Source: a virus
Lineage: Duplodnaviria > Caudoviricetes
Virus record (IMG/VR): IMGVR_UViG_3300031965_000659
Coordinates: 1 to 31,071 of that record
Strand: one strand, 5' to 3'
DNA: 31,071 nucleotides
The notes below the pieces were generated by a model. The model had not been told where the DNA came from and made no database searches. It saw nothing but the letters and a program-made list of their open reading frames with translations. Both the position numbers and the translations under genes were made by a program. This document shows, piece after piece, positions 1 to 7,682 of this stretch (the stretch's first letter is position 1; each line of letters begins with the position of its first letter).

Positions 1-79
1 ATCGTGTGGCCTGCGTGTCGAAGACGAAGCCGCAGGTGCGCATCAGCGCGACATGGCGTTCCACGGCGGCGCTCAGCAT
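1..79 (-). CDS. 5' part of second tyrosine recombinase (RitB-like), runs off window
   Basis: ATG at 79-77 overlaps the end of the upstream recombinase (ATGCTGA); reads MLSAAVERHVALMRTCGFVFDTQATR, resembling RitB N-termini. Absent from ORF track. Confidence 0.7.
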   Translation of the reverse strand, partial: MLSAAVERHVALMRTCGFVFDTQATR

Positions 80-1308
80 GGCACCACCCCCGGCCACGCC
101 TGCGCAATGGCACCGAGCGCATCGAGATCGACCTTGGCATATCTGGCCGTGGTCTCGATCGAGCGATGCCGCAGCAACGTGCCGATGGCCTCAAGGCTCG
201 CGCCGTCCTCCAGCAGGGCGCGGGCTGCCGAATGGCGCAACAGGTGCGCGCCGTGCGAGGGCACGTCCTTGAGCCCCGCGCGACAAATCGCGCGGCGGAC
301 GATCTTCGAGATCGCGGCGGATTCCGTGAGAGGCCGCAAGGGCGCCGTGTAGCGCAGGAACACATGAGGGTCGTCCACCTGCGGGCGGCCGTCCTCGAGC
401 CAGGCGAGCATTGCATCGCCAACGTCTTGCGGCAGGGGCAGTCGGCTCTCGCGCCGGCCCTTGCCGGTCAGCATGATCCGCCCGCGCGCCCAGTCGATCT
501 GTTCAAAGCGCAGGCTGCGCACATCCTCGGCCCTGAGGCCCAGTCGGACGAGCAGGAGCAGGATCGCCCGGTCCCGGCGGCCGGTCGGGCTGGTCAGGTC
601 GCAGGCGGCGAGCAGCCGATCGACATCGGCGGGCCTCAGGCCGCGCGGCAGATGATGGCCATTCCAGTTGGCGATGGTGGGCACTGCCGCGACCAGTCCG
701 GGATCGCACCACCCCATGGCCGCGTGATAGCGCAGCCAGGATCGCAACACGGTGACTGTACGCTTCAGGCCGCCGCGGCCCTCGCGCCCGCGCCGGTCGA
801 GGATCGCGGTCCGCAGGGTGGTTGGCGTCCAACCGGCCGGATCGGTACCGATGACCGGCAACATCTGGCGCAGCCCCTTGGCGTGGCTCCGCACCGTGAT
901 CTCCGAAAGCCCGCGGTGCCGTCGCAGCCAGTCGAGATGGGGCACGACATGCCGGGCATCGGGATCTTCGGCGGGCGATGGCGCAAGAACGCCTTGCGCG
1001 ACGAGGAAACGGACGAACCGATCGACCTTGAACAGGTAGCGCGCCGACCGTGGACCACCCCGGCGAACGCCACCGCAATGACAATCGTGACAGGCGAAAT
1101 CTCGCACGAGCCCATCCGCAGGCCCAGCGAGCAGCAGCCCGTTCAGTCGAGCCCAGGCACAGAGGTGCCGCGCCGCCGCGACGAGGCAGTTGACCGTATA
1201 TGCATCGTAACCCACGCAGCCAATCTCGTCGGCATAAGCCGAAACGAGGTCCGCAAAAGGCCCGGGATCCATCGCCCAGCGTTCGGGCGGAAGAACGTGT
1301 GTCGTCAT
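73..1308 (-). CDS. Tyrosine recombinase, RitA-like
   Basis: Catalytic motifs LGLRAEDV (R), TGKG (K), HLLRH (HxxR), LRH (H), TARY (Y); N-terminal HDCHC motif; GGAGAC RBS before ATG 1308. Confidence 0.9.
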   Translation of the reverse strand: MTTHVLPPERWAMDPGPFADLVSAYADEIGCVGYDAYTVNCLVAAARHLCAWARLNGLLLAGPADGLVRDFACHDCHCGGVRRGGPRSARYLFKVDRFVRFLVAQGVLAPSPAEDPDARHVVPHLDWLRRHRGLSEITVRSHAKGLRQMLPVIGTDPAGWTPTTLRTAILDRRGREGRGGLKRTVTVLRSWLRYHAAMGWCDPGLVAAVPTIANWNGHHLPRGLRPADVDRLLAACDLTSPTGRRDRAILLLLVRLGLRAEDVRSLRFEQIDWARGRIMLTGKGRRESRLPLPQDVGDAMLAWLEDGRPQVDDPHVFLRYTAPLRPLTESAAISKIVRRAICRAGLKDVPSHGAHLLRHSAARALLEDGASLEAIGTLLRHRSIETTARYAKVDLDALGAIAQAWPGVVPC

Positions 1309-1367
1309 GTCGAAGTCTCCGATTATCGCGCCCGAAGGCGCTGGTGAAGACTTCGACCCCAATCATG

Positions 1368-1475
1368 TTATGCGGAGTACCGCATGCTTAACCCGTTGAT
1401 CAAAAGGTGCTTGTGCGACCAACTCCGCATAACCATCCGCTCCGCATATTACAAATTATGCGGAGCTCCGCATAA
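1368..1475. repeat. Putative recombinase binding sites: terminal repeat plus perfect 20-bp palindrome
   Basis: TTATGCGGAGCTCCGCATAA at 1456-1475; half-sites CTCCGCATA at 1423 and 1440; imperfect palindrome at 1368-1387. Confidence 0.85.
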
Positions 1476-2033
1476 CCAATAGACCCGCCCGCGTCCTTCG
1501 ACCTTCTCGGAGGTCACCTCGAGCCCGAGCTTCTTCTTGAATGCCCCAGCCATTGCGCCTCGAATAGTGTGGGCCGCCCAGTCGAGGGCTACCATGATTT
1601 CCTCAATGGTCGCGCCGTCCGGCGCGCGCAGCATGGCGATCAGCGTGGCCTGCTTCGTGCCCTCGCGCGGCGTGCGCGCCTTGGGCGCGGCTTCGGGTTC
1701 GTTGGTGGTATCGGGCGCAGCTTCGTCGGTCGGCGCGTCCGTCGTGCCCTCGGGCGCAGCGTCCGCGTCCTCGGGCTCTATGCCAATGGCGGCGAGGCCG
1801 ATGTCGGTGGCGACCAGCGTGACGCCGTGGCCGTCGCCGGTTTCGCGCCACATGGGTTCGCCCTTGCGCAGGTCGGCATCGACCTCCTGCAGCAGGCCCT
1901 TGGCGATCATCGCGCCGATCACCTTGGCGGCGGCACCGCCGCGCAGGCTGTCGGGCAGCGGAAGGGCAATGCGCTCGGGCCGCTGGGCGGCGGCGCTCAG
2001 GATCAGGGCTTGGGTGTCGGAAAGCTGAGTCAT
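1449..2033 (-). CDS. DUF3489 domain protein, C-terminus probably altered by the RIT end
   Basis: REGTKQATLIAMLRAPDGATIEEI...W..HTIRGAMAG..KKKLGL motif; last 8 codons run through the palindrome. Confidence 0.8.
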   Translation of the reverse strand: MTQLSDTQALILSAAAQRPERIALPLPDSLRGGAAAKVIGAMIAKGLLQEVDADLRKGEPMWRETGDGHGVTLVATDIGLAAIGIEPEDADAAPEGTTDAPTDEAAPDTTNEPEAAPKARTPREGTKQATLIAMLRAPDGATIEEIMVALDWAAHTIRGAMAGAFKKKLGLEVTSEKVEGRGRVYWLCGAPHNL

Positions 2034-2122
2034 CGTCGTCTCCCGTATCGGGGCGCGCGGAATGCGGGCCCTTCTACGAGGCGGAGCCCCGCAGGGCGGG
2101 GCTGGCGCGATGGCTGGTTGGG

Positions 2123-2347
2123 CTACTCGGCGTGTTCGCCTTCTTTGAAGGCGCTGTCGGTGATCTCGCGCAGCTTCGTGCGGTAGTGGTTCAGGGTGCC
2201 AACGTGCCCCCAGTGGATCTCGTCGGGGCTGGTCTCGAAATGGTCGGCGCTAAGGGCGGCGAGTCGCTCCAGCATCGCGTCTATCTCGAACTTGGCGGCG
2301 AGGAAGGCATCGAGGGCTTTGGCATTGTCGGTCGCGCGGCGGGTCAT
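2123..2347 (-). CDS. Small hypothetical prophage protein (74 aa)
   Basis: AAGGAG RBS before ATG 2347; MTRRATDNAKALDAFLAAK...HWGHVGTL; the longer ORF-track call overlaps terS antisense. Confidence 0.75.
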   Translation of the reverse strand: MTRRATDNAKALDAFLAAKFEIDAMLERLAALSADHFETSPDEIHWGHVGTLNHYRTKLREITDSAFKEGEHAE

Positions 2348-2459
2348 TCTGGTTGCTCCTTGGTCGGGTTGCATCGTTGCGTTGGACCAACGTTCGCTCT
2401 GGTCGCGATGCTTATCAACTGAATAAGAATCTGTTTTTGAATGATAATCGGAGACGCCG
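2348..2459. promoter_or_regulatory. AT-rich divergent intergenic region, likely promoters
   Basis: AT-rich tract between divergent genes; GGAG RBS before 2460. No specific -35/-10 assigned. Confidence 0.4.
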
Positions 2460-3020
2460 ATGCAGGGAATGAGCGAGCGCCAGTATGCCGCGCATGTCGG
2501 GCTGTCGCGCGGCGCGATCCAAAAGGCGAAGACGGCCGAGCGGCTGGTGCTGTTCGCAGATGGCAGCATCGATGCCGAGGCCAGCGATGTGCGCCGGGCG
2601 GAAACGACCGACCCGTCGAAGACCCGGAAGCCGCCCGAACCGAAGCTGAAGCCGGTCCCCGAGGCGGCGGTGGCCGCCGTCGGCGACACGCTGCGCGAAC
2701 AGGGTCTGGCGGTGCCTGCGGTCGGTGGCGGTACGACGTACCTGCAGGCCAAAACCGCGAACGAGGTGCTGAAGGCGCAGGAGCGGCGGATCCGGCTGCA
2801 GAAGCTGAAGGGGGAATTGATCGAGCGGGCCCGAGCGCTGTCGCTGGTGTTCCGGCTGGCGCGGGAGGTGCGGGACGCTTGGGTGAACTGGCCCGCGCGG
2901 TCGTCGGCACTGATGGCGGCGGAACTGGGCGTGGAACCGGCCGCGATGCAGAAGGCCTTGGAAAAACATGTACGCGCCCACCTCGACGAACTTGCCGAGG
3001 TCCGGCCTGACTTCCGATGA
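2460..3020 (+). CDS. Terminase small subunit (Nu1-like)
   Basis: N-terminal HTH-like MSERQYAAHVGLSRGAIQKA, coiled-coil C-half, overlaps the large terminase. Confidence 0.75.
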   Translation: MQGMSERQYAAHVGLSRGAIQKAKTAERLVLFADGSIDAEASDVRRAETTDPSKTRKPPEPKLKPVPEAAVAAVGDTLREQGLAVPAVGGGTTYLQAKTANEVLKAQERRIRLQKLKGELIERARALSLVFRLAREVRDAWVNWPARSSALMAAELGVEPAAMQKALEKHVRAHLDELAEVRPDFR

Positions 3021-5004
3021 CAGTGATCTGACCGACTTCGACGGCGCGGCGGAGATCCTGCGAACCTGGGGTGCGGGGCTGACGCCCGATCCGGATCTGA
3101 CGGTCTCGCAATGGGCGGACATGCACCGGATGCTGTCGGGCCGCGCCTCGGCCGAACCCGGGCGGTACCGCACGGCGCGCACGCCTTACATGCGCGAGAT
3201 CATGGACCGGCTGTCGCCCGGCGACACGATGCAGCGCGTCGTGTTCATGAAGGCGGCACAGGTCGGTGCAACCGAAGCGGGCAACAACTGGATCGGCTTT
3301 GCCATCCACCAGGCGCCGGGGCCGATGCTGGCGGTGCAGCCGACGGTGGAACTGGCCAAGCGCAACTCGCGCCAGCGGATCGACCCGCTGATCGACGAGA
3401 GCCCCGAGCTGCGGGACAGGGTCAAACCGGCCCGTTCCCGCGACGCGGGCAACACCATGCTGTCGAAGGAATTCGCGGGCGGCATTCTGATCATGACCGG
3501 GGCGAACTCGGCCGTCGGGCTGCGGTCCACCCCGGCGCGCTACATCTTTCTCGACGAGGTCGATGCCTATCCGGCGTCGGCGGATGAGGAGGGCGATCCG
3601 GTCAGCCTTGCCGAGGCGCGGTCGCTGACGTTTGCCCACCGGCGCAAGGTGTTTCTGGTCTCGACGCCGACAATCCGGGGGCTGAGCCGGATCGAGCGCG
3701 AATATGAGGCCAGCGATCAGCGCCGGTTCTTCGTGCCGTGCCCGCATTGCCGCCAGTTTCAGTGGCTGAAGTTCGAGCGGCTGCGCTGGGAAAAGGCGCG
3801 GCCCGAGGCTGCCGAATATCACTGCGAGGGCTGCGACCGTCCCATCGCGGAACACCATAAGACGGCGATGCTGGAAGCAGGCGAGTGGCGCGCAACCGCC
3901 ACAGCCGCCGATCCCGGCACCGTCGGCTATCACCTCTCGGCGCTCTATTCGCCGATCGGCTGGCTCAGCTGGGAGCGGATCGTGCGGTCATGGGAGGCAG
4001 CGCAAGGTTCGGATGGCGCGACAGGTCACGCCACCGGTTCGAGTGACCTGGAGCGCATCCGGGCGTTCAAGAACACCATCCTTGGCGAGACTTGGGTGGA
4101 AACCGGGGAGGCACCGGACTGGTCGCGGCTTTACGACCGGCGTGAGGCGTGGAAGCCGGGCATCGTTCCCGCGGGCGGGCTGTTCCTGACCGCCGGGGCC
4201 GACGTGCAGAAGGACCGGATCGAGGTTGATGTCTGGGCCTGGGGTCGGGGCGGGACAAGCTGGCTGGTCGATCATATCGTGATCGACGGTGGCCCCGACC
4301 ATCAGGGCGCTTGGGCGGAACTGACGCAGCTGCTGGACCGGACATGGCCCCATGAAAACGGCGCGTATCTGCGGCTGGCCAAGCTCGCCATTGACACCGG
4401 CTATGAGGCCCCGGCGGTCTATGCATGGTCACGGCGGCAGGGGGTGGCGCAAGTTGCTCCGGTCAAGGGCGTCGAAGGGTTCAATCGTTCCAGCCCGGTA
4501 TCTGGCCCGACCTATGTCGATGTGACCGACGCGGGCAAACGCCTGCGCCGGGGCGCGCGGCTCTGGACGGTGGCGGTTTCCACCTTCAAGGCCGAGACCT
4601 ACCGTCACCTTGGCCTGCCGCGCCCGACGAAGGAGGAACTGGCCGAGGGGGTGCAGTATCCGCCCGGCACCGTGCATCTGCCGGATTGGGTGGACAGCGA
4701 ATGGCTCAAGCAGCTGGTGGCCGAGGAACTGGTTACCGTACGCACCAAACGCGGCTTTGCCCGGCTCGAATGGCAGAAGCTGCGCGAGCGCAACGAGGCG
4801 CTGGACTGCCGGGTCTACGCCCGCGCCGCGGCCTGGATCGTCGGGGCGGATCGCTGGTCCGAGGCGCGCTGGGCCGATCTGGAGACGCAGGTGGCTGGGG
4901 ACGGCAAGGCTGATGGGGGTCACGACAAGGCCGCCGCCGGAGCCATCCGTGCGGTGCGCAGTCCGGCGCGACGCAGGTCGGTGGCGTCGAATTACATGCG
5001 GTGA
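2968..5004 (+). CDS. Terminase large subunit, lambda GpA family (start uncertain, possibly CTG 3007)
   Basis: MKAAQVGATE Walker A-like, IFLDEVD Walker B, STPT, CPHC/CEGC zinc motif, IDTG, RNEALDC. Confidence 0.95.
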   Translation: MYAPTSTNLPRSGLTSDDSDLTDFDGAAEILRTWGAGLTPDPDLTVSQWADMHRMLSGRASAEPGRYRTARTPYMREIMDRLSPGDTMQRVVFMKAAQVGATEAGNNWIGFAIHQAPGPMLAVQPTVELAKRNSRQRIDPLIDESPELRDRVKPARSRDAGNTMLSKEFAGGILIMTGANSAVGLRSTPARYIFLDEVDAYPASADEEGDPVSLAEARSLTFAHRRKVFLVSTPTIRGLSRIEREYEASDQRRFFVPCPHCRQFQWLKFERLRWEKARPEAAEYHCEGCDRPIAEHHKTAMLEAGEWRATATAADPGTVGYHLSALYSPIGWLSWERIVRSWEAAQGSDGATGHATGSSDLERIRAFKNTILGETWVETGEAPDWSRLYDRREAWKPGIVPAGGLFLTAGADVQKDRIEVDVWAWGRGGTSWLVDHIVIDGGPDHQGAWAELTQLLDRTWPHENGAYLRLAKLAIDTGYEAPAVYAWSRRQGVAQVAPVKGVEGFNRSSPVSGPTYVDVTDAGKRLRRGARLWTVAVSTFKAETYRHLGLPRPTKEELAEGVQYPPGTVHLPDWVDSEWLKQLVAEELVTVRTKRGFARLEWQKLRERNEALDCRVYARAAAWIVGADRWSEARWADLETQVAGDGKADGGHDKAAAGAIRAVRSPARRRSVASNYMR

Positions 5005-5268
5005 TCAGGACAATTGGCCCTGCGCCGACAGTGCCAATTGTCGGCGCAAGGGACGGTCCCGCTTCAGATACCACTCGCGGCGCATGGCTTCACTTCGCGA
5101 GGGCAAACGCTCGGCATAGAGCAGGCGCCAGACCCGGCCGCGTGTCGACTTCGCCCCAGTGCCGGAGTTGTGCTGGGCCAGACGGCGGTCGAGATTGAGC
5201 GTTCAGCCGACATAGGTGCGATAACCGCTCGGGGAGTCGCAGCCGAGGACATAGACCAACCCGGTCAT
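5005..5268 (-). pseudogene. GIY-YIG nuclease (UPF0213-like) with in-frame TGA at codon 22
   Basis: Manual translation: MTGLVYVLGCDSPSGYRTYVG*TLNLDRRLAQHNSGTGAKSTRGRVWRLLYAERLPSRSEAMRREWYLKR...; stop at 5203-5205. Confidence 0.85.
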
Positions 5269-5286
5269 GTTGTTGCGGCTCGCGGA

Positions 5287-5577
5287 TCAGCCCGCCAGCG
5301 TGCGCTGGACGATCTTCGGATCGGCGGCAATCAGGGCCAACAACACGCGGGCGGGGCCTTCAGGACTCCGTCTGCGGTGCTCCCAATTGAGCAGTGTGGC
5401 TTTCTTCACGCCGATGCTGCGGGCAAAATCCGCTTGCGACAACCCGGTCTGCGCCCGGATCGCCTGGACGTCCGGATCGGGAATGTCGATCTCGTGGATG
5501 ATGCCTGTGGTCACGCCACGCGCGTGGGCAATGGCTTCCTTCAGGCCTTGTTCGATGCTCTTGAATGCGTCGGTCAT
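5287..5577 (-). CDS. HigA-like XRE HTH antitoxin
   Basis: IRAQTGLSQADFARSIGVKKATLLNWEHRRRSPEGPARVLL; ATGA overlap with upstream toxin. Confidence 0.9.
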   Translation of the reverse strand: MTDAFKSIEQGLKEAIAHARGVTTGIIHEIDIPDPDVQAIRAQTGLSQADFARSIGVKKATLLNWEHRRRSPEGPARVLLALIAADPKIVQRTLAG

Positions 5578-5915
5578 CGCTTGCTCCTGTAGGTTGCGGA
5601 TAGGGCTTCGCCGAGGGTCTTGACCGCCTCGGTCTCGGTTTTGGTCAGGTTGGCCTTCTCGTTCTTGGCGAAGACCGTGATCAGAAATACCGGCGTTCCG
5701 TCGTCGGGGCTGAAGAAGTGGATCACCCGATATCCACCGCTTTTGCCGCCCCCGTCGCGCGCGAAGCGGAACTTCCGCACCCCGCCACCGATCGACACAC
5801 CGGTCGTTGGGTTCCGAGCGACGAAATCGATCAGCTCCAGCCGCTCTGCATCGCTCATGATGGCGCGGGCGCGGCGCTGGAACTCGGCTGTTTCGACAAC
5901 GGTCACGATGGTCAT
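5574..5915 (-). CDS. RelE/HigB-family toxin
   Basis: GGGVRKFRFARDGGGKSGGYRVIHFF...FLITVFAKNEKANL; toxin-first order. Confidence 0.9.
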   Translation of the reverse strand: MTIVTVVETAEFQRRARAIMSDAERLELIDFVARNPTTGVSIGGGVRKFRFARDGGGKSGGYRVIHFFSPDDGTPVFLITVFAKNEKANLTKTETEAVKTLGEALSATYRSKR

Positions 5916-5920
5916 GGGCT

Positions 5921-5957
5921 CATATATGCGTCAATGGCACATAAGTCAATGACACAT
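5921..5957 (-). promoter_or_regulatory. Putative TA promoter with tandem operator repeats
   Basis: Minus strand TTGACT-N17-TATATG; direct repeats GTCAATG(G/A)CACAT at 5930-5942 and 5945-5957. Confidence 0.55.
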
Positions 5958-5971
5958 GAAAGGTGTGCGCC

Positions 5972-6187
5972 ATGCCCACAATCGCAGAGCTGAAGGCCCG
6001 CCGCGAGGCCCTGGCGGCGTCGCGCTCCAGCGGTGTGGCGCGGGTGAGTTACGGCGGCAAATCGGTGGATTACCGCAGCCTGGCCGAGATCGACCGGGCC
6101 ATCGAGGTGCTGGACCGTGAGATCGCTGTGGCCGAGGGGCGCAGGATCATCCGGCAGGTGCGCGTGATCACCACCAAGGGACTATGA
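5972..6187 (+). CDS. Head-tail joining protein (gpW-like)
   Basis: 71 aa, GVARVSYGGKSVDYRSLAEIDRAI; immediately before portal. Confidence 0.8.
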   Translation: MPTIAELKARREALAASRSSGVARVSYGGKSVDYRSLAEIDRAIEVLDREIAVAEGRRIIRQVRVITTKGL

Positions 6188-6190
6188 TGC

Positions 6191-7678
6191 ATGGGTTGGC
6201 TCGATGCCTTTCGCCGCCGGGAGACCGGCGGCCCTGTCGCCGTGCGCGCGCGGCTGGAAGGGGCGATGTCGCAGCGCCGGCTGCGGGGCTGGCAACCGCC
6301 GCTGGAAAACATCAACTCGCTGGTCGCCTCGGGCGGGCCGCGTCTGCTGGCGCGGTCGCGCGAGCTGGTGGTGACCAACGGCTACGCCGCCAATGCCTGC
6401 GAGGCTTTTGCCTCGAACCTGGTGGGCGACGGGATCAAGCCCTCGTCGCTGATCGAAGACCCAGACTTGCGCGACCAGGTGCAGCGGCTCTGGCTCGCCT
6501 GGACCGATGAGGCGGATGCGGACGGGCTGACCGATTTCTACGGTCTGCAGGCGATGGTGGCGCGCGAGATGTTCGTCGCGGGCGAATGTTTCGTGCGGCT
6601 GCGGCCGCGCCGGGCAGAAGACGGGTTGCTGGTGCCATTGCAACTGCAACTGCTGCAATCGGAGATGCTGCCGTTTGATGCCACCAAGACCGCGCCCAAC
6701 GGCAATCGCATCCGCTGCGGCATCGAGTTCGATGCCATCGGACGGCGCCAAGCCTATCACTTCCGCCGCCGCCATCCTGGCGACAGCACCGATCAGGGTA
6801 TGGTCACGTCTGAGACTGTGCGCGTTCCGGCGCAGGATGTCCTGCACATCTACCGCCCGATTGATGCGGGGCAGATCCGGGGCCTGCCGCATGTCGCACC
6901 TGCGATGGTGCGGCTGTTCCTGCTCGACCAGTACGACGACGCCGAACTCGACCGGAAGAAGACGGCGGCGATGTTCGCGGGCTTCATCACCAAGACAGCA
7001 CCTGAAGAGCAGCTGATGGGCGAGATCGAGGCGACCGACGACAGCGGGGCGACCGCCAGTCTGGAACCCGGCACCCTGCAGGTTCTGTTGCCGGGGGAGG
7101 ACGTGAAGTTCTCCAGCCCCGCAGATGTTGGCGGCGGCTATGAGGCGTTTCAGTACCGGACCTTGCTGTCGGTCTCGGCCTCGCTGGGGCTGCCCTATCA
7201 TCTGGTGACTGGCGATGTGCGGCAGGCCAACTATTCCAGCCTGCGCGCCGAACTGGTCGAGTTCCGCCGCCGTGTCGAGCAATTGCAGCACGGGGTGATC
7301 GCGCATCAGCTCTGCCGCCCGGTCTGGGCGCGCTGGCTGGAAACCGCGGTGTTGTCGGGGGCGCTGGACCTGCCCGATTTTGCCCGGTTCCCCGCGCGCT
7401 ATCGCCCGGTGAACTGGATCCCGCCGCGCTGGGATTGGGTCGATCCCTTGAAGGACATCCAGGCGCAGGTGCTGGCGATGGAGGCGGGGATCATCTCGCG
7501 GCGCAAGGTGGTCGAGGCCACCGGCTACGACGTCGAGGAAATCGACCGCGAGAATGCCGCCGACGCCAGGCGCGCCGGGGACATGGGTCTGCACTACCGC
7601 ACCAGGCCCGGCGAGACGCAGGGGGCGCGGGCGACGCCAGCCCGCAAACCGGAAACCGATACAGAACAGGAGGCGTAA
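6191..7678 (+). CDS. Portal protein, lambda family
   Basis: RSRELVVTNGYA, GQIRGLP, ANYSSLRA, WDWVDPLKD; 495 aa. Confidence 0.95.
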   Translation: MGWLDAFRRRETGGPVAVRARLEGAMSQRRLRGWQPPLENINSLVASGGPRLLARSRELVVTNGYAANACEAFASNLVGDGIKPSSLIEDPDLRDQVQRLWLAWTDEADADGLTDFYGLQAMVAREMFVAGECFVRLRPRRAEDGLLVPLQLQLLQSEMLPFDATKTAPNGNRIRCGIEFDAIGRRQAYHFRRRHPGDSTDQGMVTSETVRVPAQDVLHIYRPIDAGQIRGLPHVAPAMVRLFLLDQYDDAELDRKKTAAMFAGFITKTAPEEQLMGEIEATDDSGATASLEPGTLQVLLPGEDVKFSSPADVGGGYEAFQYRTLLSVSASLGLPYHLVTGDVRQANYSSLRAELVEFRRRVEQLQHGVIAHQLCRPVWARWLETAVLSGALDLPDFARFPARYRPVNWIPPRWDWVDPLKDIQAQVLAMEAGIISRRKVVEATGYDVEEIDRENAADARRAGDMGLHYRTRPGETQGARATPARKPETDTEQEA

Positions 7679-7682
7679 GCCG

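Larger units (their letters stand above)
1..1475 (-). mobile_element. RIT (recombinase-in-trio)-like element, one end
   Basis: Two overlapping tandem recombinase genes plus clustered TATGCGGAG sites at 1368-1475; a third recombinase would lie outside the window. Confidence 0.75.

Noticed and set aside
5014-5592. Read-through extension of terminase (same frame)
   Set aside because: Lies antisense to the GIY-YIG and antitoxin genes and shows no recognisable features.
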